DNA from: Octopus sinensis
Taxonomy: Eukaryota
Direction: 5' to 3'
Assembly: GCF_006345805.1 (NCBI RefSeq)
Contig: NC_043004.1
Coordinates: 7,626,001-7,690,000 of the forward strand
Length of the DNA stretch: 64,000 bases
Made by a program: the position numbers and the translations under genes. The notes below the pieces were generated by a model, which saw only the letters and a program-made list of their open reading frames with translations, made no database searches and was not told where the DNA came from. Numbering within the stretch: position 1 is the stretch's first letter; every line of letters begins with the position of its first letter. This document shows positions 1 through 13,445 of this stretch, piece after piece.

Positions 1-344
1 TTTGACCAGAATTTGGGATAAGTGCTAATTCCAAGAGAAAACCTTTAAGAGTCAATTCCTATTCATGGACAATGAGTAAGCTGTACAAATTCTTTGTGAA
101 TGTGCACATGTATGATGCCACAACAATGAAATGAACAATTTCAAGAATAAACTGGGAAAAAGTGTTCTTAGGCCTGGCAGGCGAAATAAGGTTGAAATGA
201 ATGGCAACATTCTTTGAAGTGAATGTCATGTCTGACAGCTTCAAAAGATGGATATTAAAATAGAAATGATCAGTAACTACAGTGTGTGTGTTTACCATCT
301 TTAAGAAATTTCAATCAAATAAATTGATCAGATACTTATTTTTA

Positions 345-442
345 AAGCCTGGTACTTATTCTGTGTTGCCAACTAATTTACAGGGATGTAAACACACCAA
401 CACTAGTGAAGAAATGGTGAGGGACAAACAAGGACATTATGC

Positions 443-477
<35 letters not shown>

Positions 478-612
478 TACAATGGGCTTCTTTGAGTTTC
501 AATCTACCAAATCCACTCACAAAGCTTTGTTCAGCCCAAGGTGCCATGCAATGGGACTGAACCCAGAACCATGTGGTTGGGAAGGAAGCTTCTTATCACA
601 CAGCCACACCCG
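345..612 (-). mobile_element. tRNA-derived SINE with internal (AT)n(AC)n microsatellite, degenerate copy
   Basis: Same blocks as the fuller copies at 37473-37864 and 62300-62660. Confidence 0.75.
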
Positions 613-814
613 CACCTACATACACAATGATGAAAGTAGCGATATCACTGATAATGAAATTACAATTTTCTTTTTCCTCTTACATTTTCTTTCCAGTGAC
701 AACAATTAGAAATGAAGCTATGTTATATCCAGGGTCAAATTAACAGCTGCAACGATGATAGAATGAATTGTGAATTGTTTGATGGACATTTACTGTCAAC
801 TTGAGAAGCTGAGC

Positions 815-860
<46 letters not shown>

Positions 861-2609
861 CGACAACCAGACGTTATATTAAGTTCAGATGAGGTTTAGC
901 AAACAGAGAAAATAGTGCCAATATTAAGATAACTACGCAACTCCTCTCTCTTGGCTGGGGCCACTAAACCAACAGCCATCAACCCTAATTAAGTAGTTGA
1001 GAGATGACAGGCAGTTCCAGTGGCAATTTATCAATCAGCAAATTCACATACAAGCAACTGAGGGAATTAATATTAGTCACTGATTTGAAATTTGTATCAG
1101 GATTCTAACAGTTTTTACTCACAAAACAGTTTAAATGTATGAAAACTTAAGAAAAACCTTGAAAAGATTTTTAAAATGAGAGGTTATGACAAATCTCTTA
1201 AATATGAACCGTCTTATGAATTTTCAGCCAGAGCTAGTCATTAATTTCTATGACACATAACTGACTCAAATAAGTAGAGTTTACCATGTAAAAGCAGTAA
1301 CTATCACCTTTTTGATTAGTAGAACTGGATTTAACCCTTTAGCAGTTAAACCAGCCATATCCAGCCAAAAATATTCAACCTGCTTTATGGTCAAACTGGC
1401 CAGATGTGGCCTCTCACACCAATCCTACCATATTATTCAGAAAATTAATAGTTACCTCATCAAAATCTCAAAGGTATGAGATAATGCATGAGTAATTTGA
1501 AGCAATGTGACTAAATAAGAATTACTGAAAATTCCTCCTTTGGCAATTCTAAATATATAAGCCTGAACATTGAATATTATGTAAAAACGTCCAATTACAC
1601 AATACCCAAGAGACTTGTGAAACAAAGGTGGAAAAGAAAACAGATTAACAGAGTCAAGTAGTTGGACTGTAGGAATTGTGGAGAATAAAGAGAAAAAAAG
1701 CTAACTCAACAAGTACTGAATGTACACACATACACACAGAGAGAAATAGTTACGTTTGAAGTGAAGATAGAGAAACTAAGAAGTTTCACAAATTACACAC
1801 CAGTAGACCCACTAACTTCAAATCATATTCCTATTGCATGAAAGAGAGATCATTGAAAACAACAACCATTAAGTCAAATTGAAAATGTTCAACTATTTCA
1901 GTAAATTATTTAAATCAAGCTGAAATAAGATGAATGAACATTTTTGAGCATTTGATACAAAAGCTAAGAATAAAAATCAAGAAAGAAATCACAAAGATGG
2001 TAAGAATACATTAAGGTACTCAAATAGTGCACATTTTTCTTTCTTTCTAACTTAGGAACAAGGACAGTAATTTTAGAGGGAGGGGGTTAGTTGATTACAT
2101 TGACCCCAGTATTTCACTGGTACATATTTTATCAAACCTGAAATGATGGAGGTGGAAGAACTATCATTAAGCATTTGGTCCAAGGTGTTACTAAACAGCA
2201 CAATTACTCTTCAGCAGTCACTTCCTTTCATGACATTCTCTCTCAAAGCGAACTGAAAGCATTAACAACTTCAAAACACTGCTGAGCAGAAACCACTGCG
2301 AAAAGATTTCCATTAATTAAACATGGAATACAAAATAGATTTCAATTTAAACCTATAGACAGTGGTAGATAACTGCATGGGATCCAGCAAGAACCAGTTC
2401 ATGTAGGTAAATTATCTTAATTCAATTTCCTCATAGATAGAGTATATTCAAAAGAAATTACTATTGCTCACATTTTCATCTTTCAGGCTCACTTCATGTA
2501 TATGTAACATGGTACACACATACACACACAATTCACTTTTCCGTTAAATAAAAATTAAAAAGTACTTCATCCAGTGGGAGAAACATTAATGTACAGTGTA
2601 CAGTTACCG

Positions 2610-2828
2610 GCTATTAATAGTTTCATGCACTGGAGATGTAGTCTGGGCGAGTTTTAATAACATGTCTCATCTCCAAGCAATCATTGGACTCTGAATACAT
2701 AGATTATAGACATCCTGATTTGTAAGTTGTATAGGTCATGTGCAGAGAGCCCAAAGATTGCTTGGAGAGAAGGTATATTATTAAAACTTACCTAGATTAC
2801 ATCTCCAATGCATGAAACTATTAGCAGC
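2610..2828. repeat. Inverted repeat, ~84-bp arms with ~50-bp spacer (MITE-like)
   Basis: 2610-2693 is the reverse complement of 2743-2828 with mostly transition differences. Confidence 0.8.
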
Positions 2829-3119
2829 TTGCAACCACATACTGTGTACAATGTGTGTGTGTGTGTACATTACACATGCCCCACATACAGGAAGCTCTTA
2901 GCTAAGAAATTTCCAAAAAAATCTTTAGAACTATAAAGGCCTTAAATTTTGGAGTCATGTGTTCTTTTTATATTTAACTGTTATACATGGTTATAATTAT
3001 TAATCACTTTTCTTTAAATGCACAAACAAATTAAGATTTGAGGAGGATTTAGCAATTAACAAAACAAGAACAACCAAACAATTTGAAAGATAGAGACTGG
3101 CAATATTTCAAAATGTACC

Positions 3120-3275
3120 ATCATCATCATTTAACACCCGTTTTCCATGCTGGCATGGGTTGGACAGTTTGACCGGGGTCTGGGAAGCCAGGAGGCTGCA
3201 GCAGGCTCCAGTCTGATCTGGCAGTGTTTCTACAGCTGGATGCCCTTCCTAACGCCAACCATTCCATGAGTGTAG
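3120..3275 (-). mobile_element. 5'-truncated RTE LINE 3'-UTR copy with (GAT)n tail
   Basis: Same sequence as many other copies; longer copies (46337-46940, 63037-64000) join it directly to the RTE ORF C-terminus. Confidence 0.75.
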
Positions 3276-3915
3276 ATATATATTCATATGAAAATAATTT
3301 TTAGAGTAACTGTAATAAAGTATAAATTTTTATGATAGCTTGCATAAGAAATTGATAAACAAGCTTTAACAATCTATCCTCCCTTACATCATCACCAACA
3401 TAATAGCAATTCTATGAAAATTTGCACACATGCAGAGACACACGGAACAAATACAACTGACTCAAACAACAGTTTTACAACCGCAATAATGGTTGATTTG
3501 CATATATTTATTCTTTTATCACTTTCATGCTGATTGTTAACTTTACTGAAAACATTGTTCAACATAATAGGTTCTTGTTTTGGTCACATTTTGGTTTGTT
3601 TTTTTTTTTTCTTTTTCTTTAAATGTATTTAAATGATGAATGAATATTTGGGTCTCTTTTTTTTCTTTTCCGTGTGTATGCATGACATGAATGAAAGGCT
3701 TACTGGAACCTAGTAAGAAATCTCTGCTCAGCACATTACATGTAGCACTTAATACCAAGAACAGCAGCCAGTCAACGTAACATTGGATGCAAAGATTGAT
3801 AGAATGTGCTATGTGTATTTATATATTGTACATATAAATTACACACACACCCAAAAGAGAAATCTGGAAGGGTAAGGGCTTGAAGAAAGAGGTTAAGAGA
3901 AATAAAAGAGCACAG

Positions 3916-3946
<31 letters not shown>

Positions 3947-4377
3947 TAATACCTTTACCAGAAATATTAGATTTCTCAACAAAGATCCAAATATTCTATA
4001 TTGGATCAAGTACAGGTTCCCTTGGTCAACGGTGTCAACAGACAATCCTTATCACAGCACCCACTCTTTTATTATTTTTATCATTCATTACCAATAACAG
4101 CCATCACCCAGCTTTTCTACTTGTTTTACCATCTCAATACTTCAATTGGGATTTTATTTTTATACATTATTTTTTTTTTAAATGAAGTTGCACTAAAATA
4201 AGTGGAGATGTTGAAAGTTTTGGTTGTTAGTATTTACTCTACAAACAAATACCGTTTTTCATTCTCACATCCAACAATTAGATGAGAAGCAACTGGGATC
4301 CATTACCAAACAATAATTTATCATCGTCACTATGTGTGTGTGTGTGTGTGTGTGTTAAACAATAACTGCTGTGTTAT

Positions 4378-6108
4378 TTAGTCAATATTTACATAAGGTA
4401 ATAAATCTAATTTGCTTCCCTCAAATGATTCTACTGACATAGTGTGAGTCCAATCTCTCCAAGAGCCAGTGGAATCCCACTGGCCGTTAACACCTGACCA
4501 ATATTCATTGTGCAACCTGTCAATAATGCTATCGGTGATGGGTTCTGTATGCTCTGCCACTTCATATTTATCATCATCCCAGTCGATTTTATCAAGATTC
4601 AAAGGTGGAAGAGAGTTATAGATTTCTAACAGTGACAAATGGTTGGAATTAGAAGAGACCTCTTGTGCTGTACTACTTGAAGAGCCCAAGCTTCTCTCCA
4701 TAGGAGTCTGGCCATTGGGCAAGTCACATTCCAGCAATCTACAGGGATCAAGTTCCAGATATTCTGATTCATCTTTTAGATTAGGTCGTATAGAATTTTT
4801 GAGAAACCTTTCAACAAGTTCTGTTTTAGTCTGACTCAACATTGGCCTAGCATTATGCTTGCCAGATTTTAATCGAACATCTAGACTGTTAGGAGACGGT
4901 TGCCTCTTTAATTTATCTATAAGATCGCCTCTTAGTTGTGAACCAGTAGAACCACTTTTAGCTCGCAGCTCTGCTATCAACTGAGCTGTAGTCTTAACTT
5001 TTGAGGTTTTAGTTTTATCTTGCTTTGCATGGAAAGTCAAATTACGTTTGCTAGTTGAGCTCTTAAACGAGTCATTACTGTCACCACTCATATATGTAAA
5101 TAAATTGTCCATCACAGATTTGGATTTGGGCAAAGCATTGCCTGATTTTTTCTTCTCTAAAGTTTCCAAATTTTGGCAAACATTACGCGATATACCATTA
5201 ACTGTCTTTTCTTTTGTTGAATGTAAATCTTTAACATATTTGTCAGCAGGAACTGAGCGTTTGGCTGGAGGTGCACCACCCGAATCGTTACAAGTCCGTT
5301 TTCTATTAGATAATTTACCTTTGGGTGTAGGTTTTTGATCATTCAATGTGCCAGCATTAATGCGATCCCTGGAATGATTTATTATAGGAGAACATTTCCC
5401 TGGATGTAGTGAACCAACTTTTGATAATGAGTTTTTTTCCTTTGACATACAATTACGCTCAGTACTTTTTGTTGGACTATACGTCTGATTACTCATTAGA
5501 TTATTTTCACAACGGCCGTCAGAAGAGGCACTGTTCTTAAAGGGACCATTCGGACAATTACCTTTAGGAGTTGAAGATAATGGTATACTTGGACTATGTT
5601 GTTTTGGAGTTAAAGATGAAGGAAGGCCTGCCCTTCGAGGGCACATAGTTTTAGGGGATATAGGTCCTTTAGGGGTTGACGTTAATGGTGCGACACCTCG
5701 TAAAGGACAAACAGATTTAGGAGATATATTTGATCGTTGAATACCATTAGGATCAACTTTCAAAGATGTTGGATGTAATCTTGGAGTTCCTGGTGTTGCA
5801 TTGACTCGTAAACATGGAGAGTTGTTTTTGCTCGACGCAGCTATTCCACATGGACTAGATTTCACAAGGCCTGGGGAAAAACGAAGGGATGCAGGACTAA
5901 CTGGCATAGAGCCAGCAGATCCAGTTAAAACAGTCATTCCTGGACTTGGAGAATTGGTATTTATCCGTTCTCCATTGACAGTGGTGCCATCTGTTGGTGG
6001 CGAGATGAGTTTCTGCCAGCTCCGAACCAGTCTCTTGGCTCGCCGCGCCAGATCATCATTTGTAGTCTTTTTACGGAGTTCATTGACCAACTTCCCCAAT
6101 CTAGTTTG
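4378..6108 (-). CDS. MED26: MED26 coding exon 3 (terminal; [14 protein letters not shown]...[10 protein letters not shown])
   Basis: tttttacAG acceptor before 6108; 1731-nt open frame (ORF track 4378..6099). The start matches MED26 ETRLGKLINDVRKK..LAKRAKKLLRSWQKL and the end matches the conserved MED26 C-terminal W..W...L.ILPYV.LD motif. Spliced total 622 aa. Confidence 0.93.
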   Translation of the reverse strand, partial: QTRLGKLVNELRKKTTNDDLARRAKRLVRSWQKLISPPTDGTTVNGERINTNSPSPGMTVLTGSAGSMPVSPASLRFSPGLVKSSPCGIAASSKNNSPCLRVNATPGTPRLHPTSLKVDPNGIQRSNISPKSVCPLRGVAPLTSTPKGPISPKTMCPRRAGLPSSLTPKQHSPSIPLSSTPKGNCPNGPFKNSASSDGRCENNLMSNQTYSPTKSTERNCMSKEKNSLSKVGSLHPGKCSPIINHSRDRINAGTLNDQKPTPKGKLSNRKRTCNDSGGAPPAKRSVPADKYVKDLHSTKEKTVNGISRNVCQNLETLEKKKSGNALPKSKSVMDNLFTYMSGDSNDSFKSSTSKRNLTFHAKQDKTKTSKVKTTAQLIAELRAKSGSTGSQLRGDLIDKLKRQPSPNSLDVRLKSGKHNARPMLSQTKTELVERFLKNSIRPNLKDESEYLELDPCRLLECDLPNGQTPMERSLGSSSSTAQEVSSNSNHLSLLEIYNSLPPLNLDKIDWDDDKYEVAEHTEPITDSIIDRLHNEYWSGVNGQWDSTGSWRDWTHTMSVESFEGSKLDLLPYVNID

Positions 6109-6907
6109 CTGTAAAAATACACAAAAAAAAAAAGTTTAAGATATAAATAAAATAAATAAAGTAACTAAAACATCTTTAACTATATTCAATTCCCCCCCCC
6201 CTTAAATATTACTATTTAAAGTTAAAAATATGAGTAGCACTTTTAATATACTATGTAACATTACAGTTACTATTAGCTTTATATCAACTTACAAAATTAT
6301 TAAAATACAGTTTTAGAATTGAGCAATTGGAATAATATATAGAAATTGGTAGAACTGGATTGACAGAATGCTCCTTGCCTCATTCCCTCCATTTATAAAC
6401 AGATTAAATAGTTATGCTAAGGGTACAGAAGAAAGAGAAACGAAACAATTTGAAGTTCAAATCAAAAAGTAAAAACAAGCTAGAGCAAACTTTCCTAGAA
6501 TAGACAAAAGTAAAAAGAGTATTTTAAATATTCTCACCTATCTGCATAAAATGTATAAATCTACATAAAATTATGCAGTTCTCAGGATTCAGTTAAATAA
6601 CTGGTCAAGTCGTAATGAGACAATATAGGGCTATAAACTTTTGATGGCACTGTTAAACTTTGGAGAGAGTGGGCCTAGCATGTGTTACAGGCATTCAATT
6701 GACATGGGGACAGAGTTGGGCTTCAATGATAAGAAGTCAGTGTTAAAAGGATATTTGATTGTAAATAATGGCTTTGGGTGTGAGGAGAGATAAGAAGAAT
6801 TACAGGTTAAAAGTGAACTGAAATAAGCACAAAAAGTAAAAATATTTAAAAGAAAAAATTCCTATTAAGGAGGAAATATTCACAAGCTAATGAAAAACAC
6901 AGCTTAC

Positions 6908-6982
6908 CTCAAGTGCTTCACGTGTAATAGGGTAACTCTCCAAGGTAGCAATAACCTCCAGGACAGCAGGTATGTCCGAAAC
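6908..6982 (-). CDS. MED26: MED26 coding exon 2 (VSDIPAVLEVIATLESYPITREALE), TFIIS-N/LW domain
   Basis: ttctcttAG acceptor and GTAAGC donor; 75 nt; phase 0/0. Matches the recalled MED26 segment AVLEVISSLEKYPITKEALE. Confidence 0.93.
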
Positions 6983-9900
6983 CTAAGAGAAAATAGATTT
7001 GATTAAAGAATTTGCAGAAAGTAAGCTTTCAGTTGGACTTTTCGTTGGGAACAAATCTAAATTTTAAATTTTCTGAATAAATTTAACTAAAAAAACCGCA
7101 AAAAAAAAAAACACCTTTCTCTGTATCAGCTAATCTAAAAACCCATTGAGAGTACAAATTGCTCATCGAATCCTCTTACTTGCAATGCAATAGTTGAGCT
7201 ATTGGTGTGTACCTACTTGTAAAAGCCTTGATTAGTAAAACTATGGTAATTATAGTCTCCGTAAGTGACAGCTAACTCAGTAGCAAGGTCAATCGAAATA
7301 TATTGTACCAATCTATAAAAATAAATTTTAGAATCTTACTAGAAACTGGGGCAGGGTGTATAAAAAAAAAGACAAAAAACACAGCCTTCTAAATTGATAT
7401 TTTTCAGCTGTTCTTTGGACAACCAATATCCAAAGGATTTGATAAAGAGATTAACTGGAATGCAACTGAATCCCTTACTAAACATTCCTCACAACTAAAC
7501 TTATACAATTTGTCATCAACCAATAATTTCAATTGGTCATCATATTCACAGAACTTAGCTTCCTTAATTTACTAATTATATCAATTTAATTATACTAAAA
7601 CTATAGTATTTAATACTAAAATCATAAATCAACAGCCCTCAAAATACAATGACACCAGTTTTAGAAAGTGAAAGAGAGAACATAATTGGTGGCATGTAAA
7701 AAGCACCATCCGATCGTGAAACCTCAAAGATATAAGATAATGCATGATTAATTCAAAACATTTGAGTGGAAAAGTATTACATTTAACAGAGTAATCTGAA
7801 CACTAAAGGGTTAAATCTTTTCTATCCCACAACACATTAGTTTCTATACCAGTTTAACAATGAGAGCCACTCCAATAGTTTTAAGGTTAGTATAATTACA
7901 GCAAAAGTAATTTGCATGTCAATACAGATATAGTATAAAAAGAAAGAAAAAAAAAAAATCAATCAACATTTAATTATATACAAGGATTAAACATCTAAAA
8001 AAAAGGGGGGGCACTTAAATTGTCAAAACTTTTGAAGACTGGTTTTATTGAAATTTACTTGACCTGTTTTCTAAAAGGTACAAATTGAAGTTTAAAAACA
8101 AACAAAAAAACACTTTTAAAGAATTAATACTGATCTCTATTAATCTTTAAAGTAGGTGTTAAAATTCTGAAACCTTGAAGATCATACAACTCACTTTTAG
8201 AAGGGAAAGAAATAGAATTCTAAATAACAAGGTGTTCATTGTAACAACTATGATACAAAATTAAATAAAAAAGGAAAAAAATAATTTCTGAAAATTGTTT
8301 GCCTTTGGTCAGCCCTGATCTATCAGATGTAGAAATCAAAGGAAACCCAACTAATTTTTCTTCAGCAAGTGAAATATTTCAAACTATGAGTTTTTTTTTG
8401 TTTTTTTTAAAGATGGGTATGACAAGCTCAAAATAAATAAAAATTCCATTATTTATTGAATAAATAAGTTAGAAACAATTACCATATCTGATGGCATATA
8501 AGATGCATATTTTCCCAAGAGAATGTGTCTCAAAAAGTCACACCAGATCGAACATGTTAAGGTGGACCTCTATATGGCATGCTCTAAATGCCATAAAGAT
8601 TTCCCTGAATGCCTGTTGCTGAAACTGGGGTATGTTTTTCATGCTATCAAATGCAATAAATTCGTAATTGGCTAACAACAGTTGAGCCAATCTATGATCA
8701 AAGGTATTCCACCCTTAATCATTGTCTTTTTAGAAATAGCTAAGACTATACAAACATGTACTTTTAAGATAGCAAGGTTACTGGAGGAGATTCTAATAGC
8801 TATTCCTAGCAAGACCTGCAAATGTCAAGGGTTATAAAGATGCTTTAATTGGCTTGTCAAACGAAAGACAATATAATGGAACTAAACAAATTGTTCAAAT
8901 AAGTAATTAAAACACTTTACACTATTTGTAACTGACATTCAATTCACCAATATACTACCAATAAACTGTATAGGTTATCCAATTCTATAAGATAGGCTTT
9001 GTAATACTAAAAAAAGTTTGTTATACTCTGCTAGATATCATCCTTACTTCACCCAGCTGATTGTTTGATAATCACAACTTACAAATATCTAAATTTGTAG
9101 AACCAGCAGATGGACACTACTAACACAAGAAGCAAAAAATCTTAGCTTTGTTATAATTCAAAGTTTGGTTCCAAACTTGAACATTTGAGGAAAATTGTTT
9201 TAATAGAATTGGTACCAATTTCTATAAAATATCAAGGTGTATATTTCTGCAACTCCACACCCACACACACCCACATTGAAATATAACATTTTCCAAAACT
9301 GCCTCAACTCATTTTAAACCTAATTTCAATTTTGCTCATAGTTTGAAATATTTCACTTGCTCCTTTCATTACCATCTATTCTGATGATCAGATATCTAGA
9401 AATACCAGCTGTTTTCACTCCTGTAAACAAGGTTCGGGGATTTTCATTTCTAACATCAACTCTGTGAATAGCCAGGCCTTCAAATTCACATGGCAATTTC
9501 ATTTCCATTTTTGCCAAATTTATATTCTGTACTCAGAATTTAATACACAAAAGGCATTAGAATTTACAAGGCTTACTGAGGCTAAATTACAGCAACATTC
9601 ATCCTAAACCAGGATTGCATGTTATGTTGTAACAAACAATCTTTACTCTAAAGTACTGTTGTTGAATATCTCTCGTGAGATTTAAAAATAGTAATTTTCT
9701 AATTTAAACTACATTAGTTTAACAGTGATTATTATGCCATTTCTTTCATTACAATCAACATTGTACCTTCTGCAAGAAAAAAAATCTTACTGAAGAAATA
9801 AAGATATGCAAAGCATCTTTGTTAAGGACCAGAAAGTTTACATTTTTAAAATCCTAAAAAAGGACATTTCTGAGCCTTCTAAACTGCAAAACAGGTTTTC

Positions 9901-12900
9901 TAACATTCATAAAACAGTGAAAGTCAGATTATTTTGGTCGGAAAATACTAAACAATACAAAAAGAGAAACATATTTTTAAATAAATCAAGAATCAAAAGT
10001 ACAGCAGCTATTTCAGGAGTAGTAAACCAAACGGTTAAAATTAAGGGTTAAGGTATGGTGAAACTTGCTAATGTGCCAGGATTCAGAAATTATTTCCAAT
10101 AAAGCAACATTCATTTAATAGATTTTATTACAAAATTCCAGATGCCATCTGATAGAATTTTATTTTGAAATGAAAAGTTTAATTGCATTTTAAAAAGTTG
10201 CAATACTTGAATTGAAAGTCTTTTTACATCCCATATAAAACTTTAAAAAAAAATTTTTTTTAATTTCAAAACATTAACAAGGCATTTGAAGAAAAGCTAA
10301 TACTTTTGTAGAAAATTTCTAGAATGACAGAAAAAGGAAAAAAAAACAAAATTTCTCGTCAACAAAATGGTAATGAAGTAAATGATAGTAGGGTTCAATC
10401 CTTGGCTAATGGTGGGGGTTTCACCTGGACAGGTGAAGCAACATAGGTCTAAGTAGACCGTTGTCACATCAATATATTATCTATAATGACCTAGATTATT
10501 GCCAACACATGGCCCCAAAATACACATCCTTATCACCTACTCATACACAGTAAAAGTGAACACTATTAAAAGAACATGAGAAGAAAAGGACAAATTTTTT
10601 TTTTTATATCAACTTGAGAAAAACCCCAAGAATTACCTTACAAACACTGACACAATATAAAGAGTACAAGAGCAGCAAGATTTTTAATCAAATTTTCATA
10701 AGTTTTACTGTGAACAACAAGGTTAGCCGAGTGGGGTTGATAATCCAATATCTTAGTTCATGGACACATTTGACCAAAGTATTCATGTTTATTTACAGGA
10801 AATTACATCAGAAATAAACTATAGAAATCTGGATAATTCATTATTAATAATAATGAAAAAAATCTATAAAAGAAATGCACCTTACAAAATTAGAATATAA
10901 AATATATTCACATTATTTAAGCAAAACCAGGAAAACAAACACTCCTGCTACTTTTAAGCTAACTTTAACTAAATTCAACACACACCCATTACATATTACA
11001 CAATGAAGTGGAATTAACATTGAACTCCAAGAGAAATCATATGGCTTTTGGTTAGCACCTAGAGAAAACCAGTGACTGCAAGTTCAAATTGCTGACAGTG
11101 ACTTGAACATCATATCAATAACTGCAAGACAAGCAAACTTGTTTAAGCAATGAACATTTAGAAAGTATAAGATTGAGCATTTAAAAGTTGATTGTCTAAA
11201 ATCTCAGATATAAACTTATTACAAATATTTAGTAGGTAAAGGCCACCAATTTTATTTATAAAGATATCATCAACTCCAAAGGAAAATAGCCTCAAGACAT
11301 ACAAAACCAATGTCACTAACAGAAAAGCCAGAAATACCAGAAGTCAATTGCAAAAGAAAGGGAAAAAAAACCCAAAGCAAGAACATGAACGTTTGAAAGC
11401 TATCTGTAGAGCCATCAACACTGGATATATCTCTAATTTATATTAGGGAGCACATAGCTCATTATGGCAGAGCCTGGATGGCTGTGAAATGTCACATGGA
11501 ATTTGAAAAGCTTTATTTTTTTGTATGCTCAGAGGGGTTTTGGCTGGTGCAGACATGCATACAAAGTAACCAAAAAAATTTTTTAAATCATAATTAAATA
11601 TCATTTAACAGATGTCTTTGAAATGACAGCAATTAAACATTTTTCTTAAAAGCTATTTTAAAACAGTAGAGCTTATCTAACAATATACTTTAGATTAAAA
11701 TCCTAATATCCAAGGAAACCATTTGAATATCCACATAGTTTTTGATCAGCTTGTAGAAGGGGGGAGGAGCAAATTTTAGCCTAAATATTTCCAAAAACAT
11801 CTGAACCAAAATGACCAATTCTACTGGACAGCAAATACTTTTATTCAAAGTTCACTCCAATGACAAAACTTCATGACCATTTATTAGAACAAATTACAAA
11901 CACTGATTCCCTGAGCCATCCTCATATCAAAACTCCTGCTATGAAGAAGATCACTGATAGTTTTTCATCATACCAAGATGTTAAAACATCTTAATTTTCA
12001 AATGGTTGGACTGTTTCCTCCATCAAAACCACAAGAGAGAAAAAGTTGTTTTTTTTTAAAATAAGTATAATCCTCTTTTTGTAAGGAAGCGATTATATCT
12101 GAATTAGCTTTATTATCTTCAAGTGGAGACAAGCAAAGCAAGTAGTGCAGGTTCAGATCCTTGTTACTTCCAACTGTAATCCAGAAAAGAAAGGACACTG
12201 CCCCATAATGGCTGGTCATTGGCTATTACATGAAACCTTTAATGACAAACTAAGCATGTGCTTCAAAAGGTTAGGTTTCCACCTGACCAACTGTAGAGGA
12301 AAAATACAAGATATGAACAGAGCTGAAGCAGTTGACACCATAAATCTCTCCACTGCCAGTATCATCACGATTTCCATTCAGAAGAAAATACATTTTCTCT
12401 CAAGAAAATAAAGCATTTTAATATCAGTTGTAAAATATTCCAGAAAATAGTTTAACATAAAAATTCTGTAAAGTCTTCTCAGGATCTCAAGAAGACTCTC
12501 TGTTTTCTCATGAAATATTTCCTCCAGCTCAGTAAATCATATCCTCCTACAAGTGAAACAGATCTGAAAACTCAATGAAATGACAAAACTGGAATTAGAG
12601 ACCCTGGGACTAGCAAGTCAAGTGCAGCTTCTACATCATCCCTTACACACGACGTAAAACGAAGAGGGGGCTGGGGTGGAATCGTCATTCAGTCCTGAGC
12701 AAGTTTTGTGACAGATACACTTCACTCACAGCCTGAGAGGGGTTGTGCTTTTCCCCACCCTTCTATATATATATATATATATATATATTTTATATGTAGA
12801 AAAATACAAACTGGGACAAGAACGTAAAACATTTAGAAGACGATAAAAAAAACACGGATGGGCCTTCAATCTTCAGTCAAGAACCGGATCATCCTACCAA

Positions 12901-13445
12901 TTTCGGCTGATATATATATATATATGTGTGTGTGCATGTATGTATAGTTAAATAAATCCATCAAATGTGAAACAGACAACGAACAAAAATATTCACCTAT
13001 CATTTTTTTTTCCTTGCTCATATTTAATATCCCATGTGGAAAAAGCCAAATTAAAACAAAGCCCAGCATTTTTTTAAAAATCAGACTGATCATCATATAG
13101 AGAATTAAGATTCCACCTATCTAAAAATGTATATGACCAGTCAAGAGTTAAAATTATAAGATCAGCTTCCCAATAATATTTTCCGTGGCAGTAGGAAACG
13201 GTCTCTGAAAGCATCACATCACCAAGTGTCCTACGCTTACCTTCAGGATATTTTTAATTCACGTCTCACCCGAGCTAATCTTCAGCAACAATTTTTTTAA
13301 AAACATTATCCAACATGATGCAGCCGCCATCATCATGTCTATATTGTAACGTAATTTTAACTATCGCGAGACGTTCACCACCAATGTGGAGAAAACAGTT
13401 CCTTAATTATAGCAGAAATCAAATCTATTTCCCCATGAGAGAAGG

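Noticed and set aside
59-298. 79-aa minus-strand ORF at the window start
   Set aside because: No recognisable homology, no convincing splice sites, and stops in the adjacent frames; it cannot be evaluated at the edge.
12290-12375. C-box-like RTGATGA motifs in introns (minus ~12368; plus ~55141, ~56331, ~62149) as C/D snoRNAs
   Set aside because: No correctly spaced terminal CTGA with a closing stem; some lie in (GAT)n repeat tails.
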